The position numbers and the translations under genes were made by a program. From positions 1 through 64,000 of the forward strand of contig JBBQSO010000017.1 in NCBI GenBank assembly GCA_038213805.1: a stretch of DNA of 64,000 nt, written 5' to 3'. Position 1 is the first letter of the stretch. The number at the start of each line of letters is the position of its first letter. Below are positions 60,648-64,000 of the stretch, one piece after another. This DNA is from Planctomycetota bacterium. Lineage in GTDB: Bacteria; Planctomycetota; UBA11346. The notes beneath the pieces were generated by a model. The model worked only from the letters and a program-made list of their open reading frames with translations. It had not been told where the DNA came from and did not search any database.

Positions 60648-60814
60648 CACGTGGGCTCCCGTGGGCTACCGGGAAGGGCACGGCTGCTGGCGCGCCGTGG
60701 CCGGTTCCGGCGACCACCTCATAGGTGGCGGTGGCCCGGCCCGCAAGGTCACACGGTGGCGTCCATGCATGCGGGATCCGCCGAGGCGGCACCAGAGTTC
60801 AGTGGAGTAATGGG

Positions 60815-60832
60815 ATAAAAAGGTCTTTTTAT
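60815..60832. promoter_or_regulatory. AT-rich inverted repeat ATAAAAAG-GT-CTTTTTAT in divergent intergenic region
   Basis: Perfect 8-bp arms in an otherwise GC-rich region; TAGAAT at 60855. Confidence 0.55.
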
Positions 60833-60952
60833 AAGGAAACAACTTGGCCCGCCCTAGAATGAGTACCTCGACACCATCGCCGCACGTGACGCCAGGACCC
60901 GGCGGAACCGCCATGCGGTCCGCTCCCGCAGACCTCCCAGAAGGACCAGCCC

Positions 60953-61336
60953 ATGCAATCCAACCACATCGCCATCTGGATGGACCACCGCGAAGCGCGG
61001 GTCTTCCACATCACCCGCGAGCGCACTGAAGAGGAAACCCTGAAGGCGCACCGCCCGGTGCACCACCAGCACCAGCGCGGTCCGGATGGCGGCATTGCCC
61101 ATCCCGAGGACGATCGCCGGTTCTTTCACGAGATCGCGCGCGCCATCGATTCAGCTACTGACATCCTGATCGTGGGCCCGTCGTCGGCGAAGCTGCAGTT
61201 CATTCGCTACCTGCACCTCCACGAGCACGCGCTAGAGCCGAAGATCGTCGGCGTCGAGACCGTCGACCATCCCACCGACCGGCAGATCATCGCCTATGCG
61301 GAGACCTACTTTAAGAAGACCGACCAGATGCGCTGA
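60953..61336 (+). CDS. Small bacterial eRF1/pelota-like ('translational machinery') protein
   Basis: IWMDHREARVF, FFHEIARAI..ILIVGPSSAK, VGVETVDHPT; SD AAGGA. Confidence 0.78.
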   Translation: MQSNHIAIWMDHREARVFHITRERTEEETLKAHRPVHHQHQRGPDGGIAHPEDDRRFFHEIARAIDSATDILIVGPSSAKLQFIRYLHLHEHALEPKIVGVETVDHPTDRQIIAYAETYFKKTDQMR

Positions 61337-61385
61337 GCAGCCGTCGCCCTGATCGTCCGGCCGCGCCGCGCTCGGCCCGCATCCA

Positions 61386-63071
61386 CTACTTCGTCTGCTT
61401 CGCCCGCTCCACATCGCCTGCGTTCGCGCTATAGACGCGCACGTAGTCGACGTACATGTCGGCGATGCCGCCGTAGCGCGAGAGATCGACCGGCCAGCCG
61501 CCGCCGGTGGCGAGGTTGATCAGGAAGTAGAAGGGGGTCTTCTTCGAGACCTCCATGGTCGGGTGGCGGCCCATCTCGACATCGTCGCAGTAATAGATGG
61601 TGTCGGTCGCGGTGATCTTGCAGCCGTAGGTGTGGAAGGTCTGGAACCACGTGGACGCGATGCCCTTGGCGCGCATCGACACCACGGGCGCGCCCGGGCC
61701 GATGGCCTTCAGCGCGGCGTCCTCGGCGCGCTTGCCGGCCCCGCCCTGGTTCCAGGCGTGCGGGGTGATGCAGAACTTGTCGCCGGCGTTGGGGCGGCCC
61801 GCGCCCTCGCCGCCGTAAGCCTCGATGATGTCGAGTTCGTCGCAGGGCGCGCGCTGGTCCGGGTAGGCGGCGGGCTTGTTCAGCAGCCAGAACGCCGGCC
61901 ACGCGCCGGTGGCGTTGGCGCCCAGCAGGCGGCACTCGAAGTAGCACGGCGCGCTCGCCACCACGCCAGAGCCGTCCTTCTTCAGCGCCGAGAGCAGGCC
62001 GGCGCTGTGCTTACCCTCGTCGGCGCGGATGCGCAGCCAGGTGCCGACCTGGGTGAAGGGATTGCCCGGCTCGGCCAGGTCGGTGAAGCGCAGGCTGCTG
62101 AAATCCTGGCCGCCGTCCGGCGGCTTGTGGCTGAAATACGTGGCCGTCGCGTCGCTGGCCGAGATGGACGGCAGCTTCGCGAAGTCGTCCGCGAACAGCA
62201 GGGTCATGTCGGCGGCCGCGGGCGGCGCGGTCCTGGGCATGCCCTCCAGGAACGGCACGCCGCCGCGGTTGAAGAGCTGCAGCCAGCAGGTGTCGTGCAG
62301 ACTGCCGTTGCTGGCGGTGATGCGCACGCACAGCGGCCCGTGCGGGAAGTCGTTCGCCGGGAAGGTCACCGAACCCTTGCCCGCGGCGTCGAGGGTGATG
62401 GTCCCGACCGTGGCTTCGGCACCGGCGCCGGCGCCCTGCTTCCAGCAGCTCACCGTCGCCGTGGCCAGACCCGGCGCGACGATGCTGAGCGGAGTGTCGC
62501 CCTGGATGTCGGCACCGTACGCGGGCGCGGTCATCGCGACCACGCCGCGCTCGACATTCGGATCGATCGCCACCGGCGTGACCGCGACCTCGGCGGCGCT
62601 CGCGAAGCCGCCCACGCCCTCCAGCACCTCGAGGCGGACGTAGCGCGCCTGGACGGGCGCGAACACCGCGACCTTGCGCTTGGGCGTCGCGGCCCACTGG
62701 CCGTCCTTCGCGACCACGGTGAAGGCCAACCCGTCGCTGCTGACCGCGACATTGTAGCGGGTCACGGTGCCGTTGCCGCCATCCGGCCGCGGCTGGTACA
62801 GCAGGCACGCGACCGTGGCCACCTCACCCTGGTCGATCATCAGCCACTGCGGCAGGGTCGCGCGCGGCTCGCCCCAGCGGCTGTGCCACAGGCTGCCGCC
62901 GTCGCCGTCAAGCGCGCGACCGGGCTCGTTGCCGCCCTGGAAGCTGCTCGCGGTGGCGACCGGCTGCGGCTTCGCGGCGGTGCCCTCGGCGGCCGGCGCA
63001 GCGCTGGTCATCACACTCAGCAGTATGGCGGAAATCGTGACTGCGCAGGACAGCAGGGCGGCGTGGCGCAT
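61386..63071 (-). CDS. Secreted CBM32 (F5/8C) + Ig-like + GH16 glycoside hydrolase
   Basis: ASSFQ..ALDGD..WHS..ARYVRL; WPAFWL, catalytic ELDIIE, FHTYG, INLATGG, VDYVRVY; SD AAGGAG. Confidence 0.88.
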   Translation of the reverse strand: MRHAALLSCAVTISAILLSVMTSAAPAAEGTAAKPQPVATASSFQGGNEPGRALDGDGGSLWHSRWGEPRATLPQWLMIDQGEVATVACLLYQPRPDGGNGTVTRYNVAVSSDGLAFTVVAKDGQWAATPKRKVAVFAPVQARYVRLEVLEGVGGFASAAEVAVTPVAIDPNVERGVVAMTAPAYGADIQGDTPLSIVAPGLATATVSCWKQGAGAGAEATVGTITLDAAGKGSVTFPANDFPHGPLCVRITASNGSLHDTCWLQLFNRGGVPFLEGMPRTAPPAAADMTLLFADDFAKLPSISASDATATYFSHKPPDGGQDFSSLRFTDLAEPGNPFTQVGTWLRIRADEGKHSAGLLSALKKDGSGVVASAPCYFECRLLGANATGAWPAFWLLNKPAAYPDQRAPCDELDIIEAYGGEGAGRPNAGDKFCITPHAWNQGGAGKRAEDAALKAIGPGAPVVSMRAKGIASTWFQTFHTYGCKITATDTIYYCDDVEMGRHPTMEVSKKTPFYFLINLATGGGWPVDLSRYGGIADMYVDYVRVYSANAGDVERAKQTK

Positions 63072-63091
63072 CGGGACTCCTTGGGCAGATC

Positions 63092-63118
63092 CAAACGCCA
63101 GGCAGCCTGCGCTGTGAC
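63092..63118 (-). promoter_or_regulatory. Putative ECF-sigma promoter GTCACAG-N12-GGCGTTTG (copy 2)
   Basis: 20 nt upstream of the GH16 start, just before its SD. Confidence 0.55.
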
Positions 63119-63334
63119 CCACGTGCGGCTTGGCTTCAGATGTTTCGGCGGCGGTGGCATCCGTCCATCGCCACCTTCCCGCCCGTGGCGCACGGGGCGG
63201 ATGCGGGAAGCGGCTTTCACCCATGGTGCAGGTGGATGGGTGAAGAACGCGCTGTGCGTGCCCAACCCGTGGGATCGAGGCCACGCCATTTTTCCTCGCA
63301 GCCGCCCGCTGCGCGCGCTTCCTACTTCGGCATC

Positions 63335-63908
63335 ACATTGAAGGTGCCGTAGATCTCGTTGACCGCCGGCTGGTGAGCCGCGTCCTTGAGCTGCTAGGTG
63401 ATCGCCACCTGCGTAGCTGAGCACGCCTGCGCGCCGTTGCGGTTGAGGCCGCGGTACTGCGTCCAGTGCAGCGGCAGGTTGCCGATGCCGCGGCTGCGTG
63501 GATCGGCGAGCGTGTCGGCCATACCGCCCCAGCCGGGACCGGGGCGCGTGCCGCAGACCGCCGTGCCCGTGGCCGTCGCGGGCCCGGCACCCAGGCCGCC
63601 CTTGGCCGGGGTGGTGGCGGTCATGTCGACGAAGCCGCCGCTCCACGCGGCCGCCAGCCGCATGGTCTCGGCGTCGTAGCACACGGCGTTGCCGCCGCCG
63701 AGGTCGATGCTGATGCCCGTGAGGACGACGTCGGCCTTCGCCGGATCGGCAGGGTTGTGCAGGAAGTAGTGCACACCTGCCCGTAGTCCATGCGCCCGCA
63801 GAGGCTGTGCACCTCTTTGCCCGGCTTGACCTCGACCTATTCTTCGGTCCAAGCGGCGCCGCTTATCAGCAGGGCGGCGCCGAAGGCGGCGGTGCAAGCG
63901 CCGTGCAT
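63335..63908 (-). pseudogene. Degraded DUF6797-like secreted protein gene
   Basis: ATG overlapping the upstream TGA, signal peptide, in-frame TAG at 63839-63837, RMDYG then frameshift to GISIDLGGGNAVCYDAETMRLAAAWSGGF, second shift near YRGL/VLSY, then truncation; 3' limit approximate. Confidence 0.7.
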
Positions 63909-64000
63909 CACGGCTTTTGCTCAAGCCACACGTTGCGGTAGTACACCGGGTTCTGGTGATCCTGCAGCCACAGCGGACCGCCCTGCGCGGTCTCGGCCTT
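63908..64000 (-). CDS. 3' end of DUF1080 (3-keto-disaccharide hydrolase-like) protein, partial
   Basis: Translated by hand: KAETAQGGPLWLQDHQNPVYYRNVWLEQKP*, matching the GP-x-x-LQDH..RN-x-W terminal motif. Confidence 0.8.
   Translation of the reverse strand, partial: KAETAQGGPLWLQDHQNPVYYRNVWLEQKP

Noticed and set aside
63837..63839. In-frame TAG as pyrrolysine or readthrough
   Set aside because: Two further frameshifts and a truncation point to pseudogenisation

Overview
High-GC bacterial chromosome segment, very probably Planctomycetota. The evidence is an EF-Tu with the KGGTVRD..KTVTI effector loop, a planctomycete-type RpoB Rif region, a DUF1552/DUF1592 pair, an H-X9-DG prepilin-like protein and PVC-type haem/beta-propeller proteins. 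Bases ~1.5-16.8 kb hold the core cluster tRNA-Thr/Tyr/Gly/Thr-tuf-rpmG-tRNA-Trp-secE-nusG-rplK-rplA-rplJ-rplL-rpoB-rpoC-rpsL-rpsG. It ends at a terminator with no fusA. Oddities here are a Gln>Pro in the RpoC trigger loop, S12 K88H, an N-terminally extended S7, and an rpsL promoter and RBS inside rpoC. The rest is accessory, mostly secreted or periplasmic carbohydrate and redox proteins: ThuA-like, SGNH, CE7, GH5, GH16+CBM32, three beta-helix proteins, cytochrome-c fusions and a tri-haem flavoprotein. It also carries regulators (LacI, an orphan PAS kinase, an ECF sigma/FecR pair between two paralogous beta-helix genes), translation-linked orphans (tandem DbpA-type RBD, GGQ hydrolase, eRF1-like, RsmF-like) and a pseudogene at the right edge. 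I saw no CRISPR array, transposase, integrase or rRNA. All family calls come from motifs recognised by eye; no searches were run.
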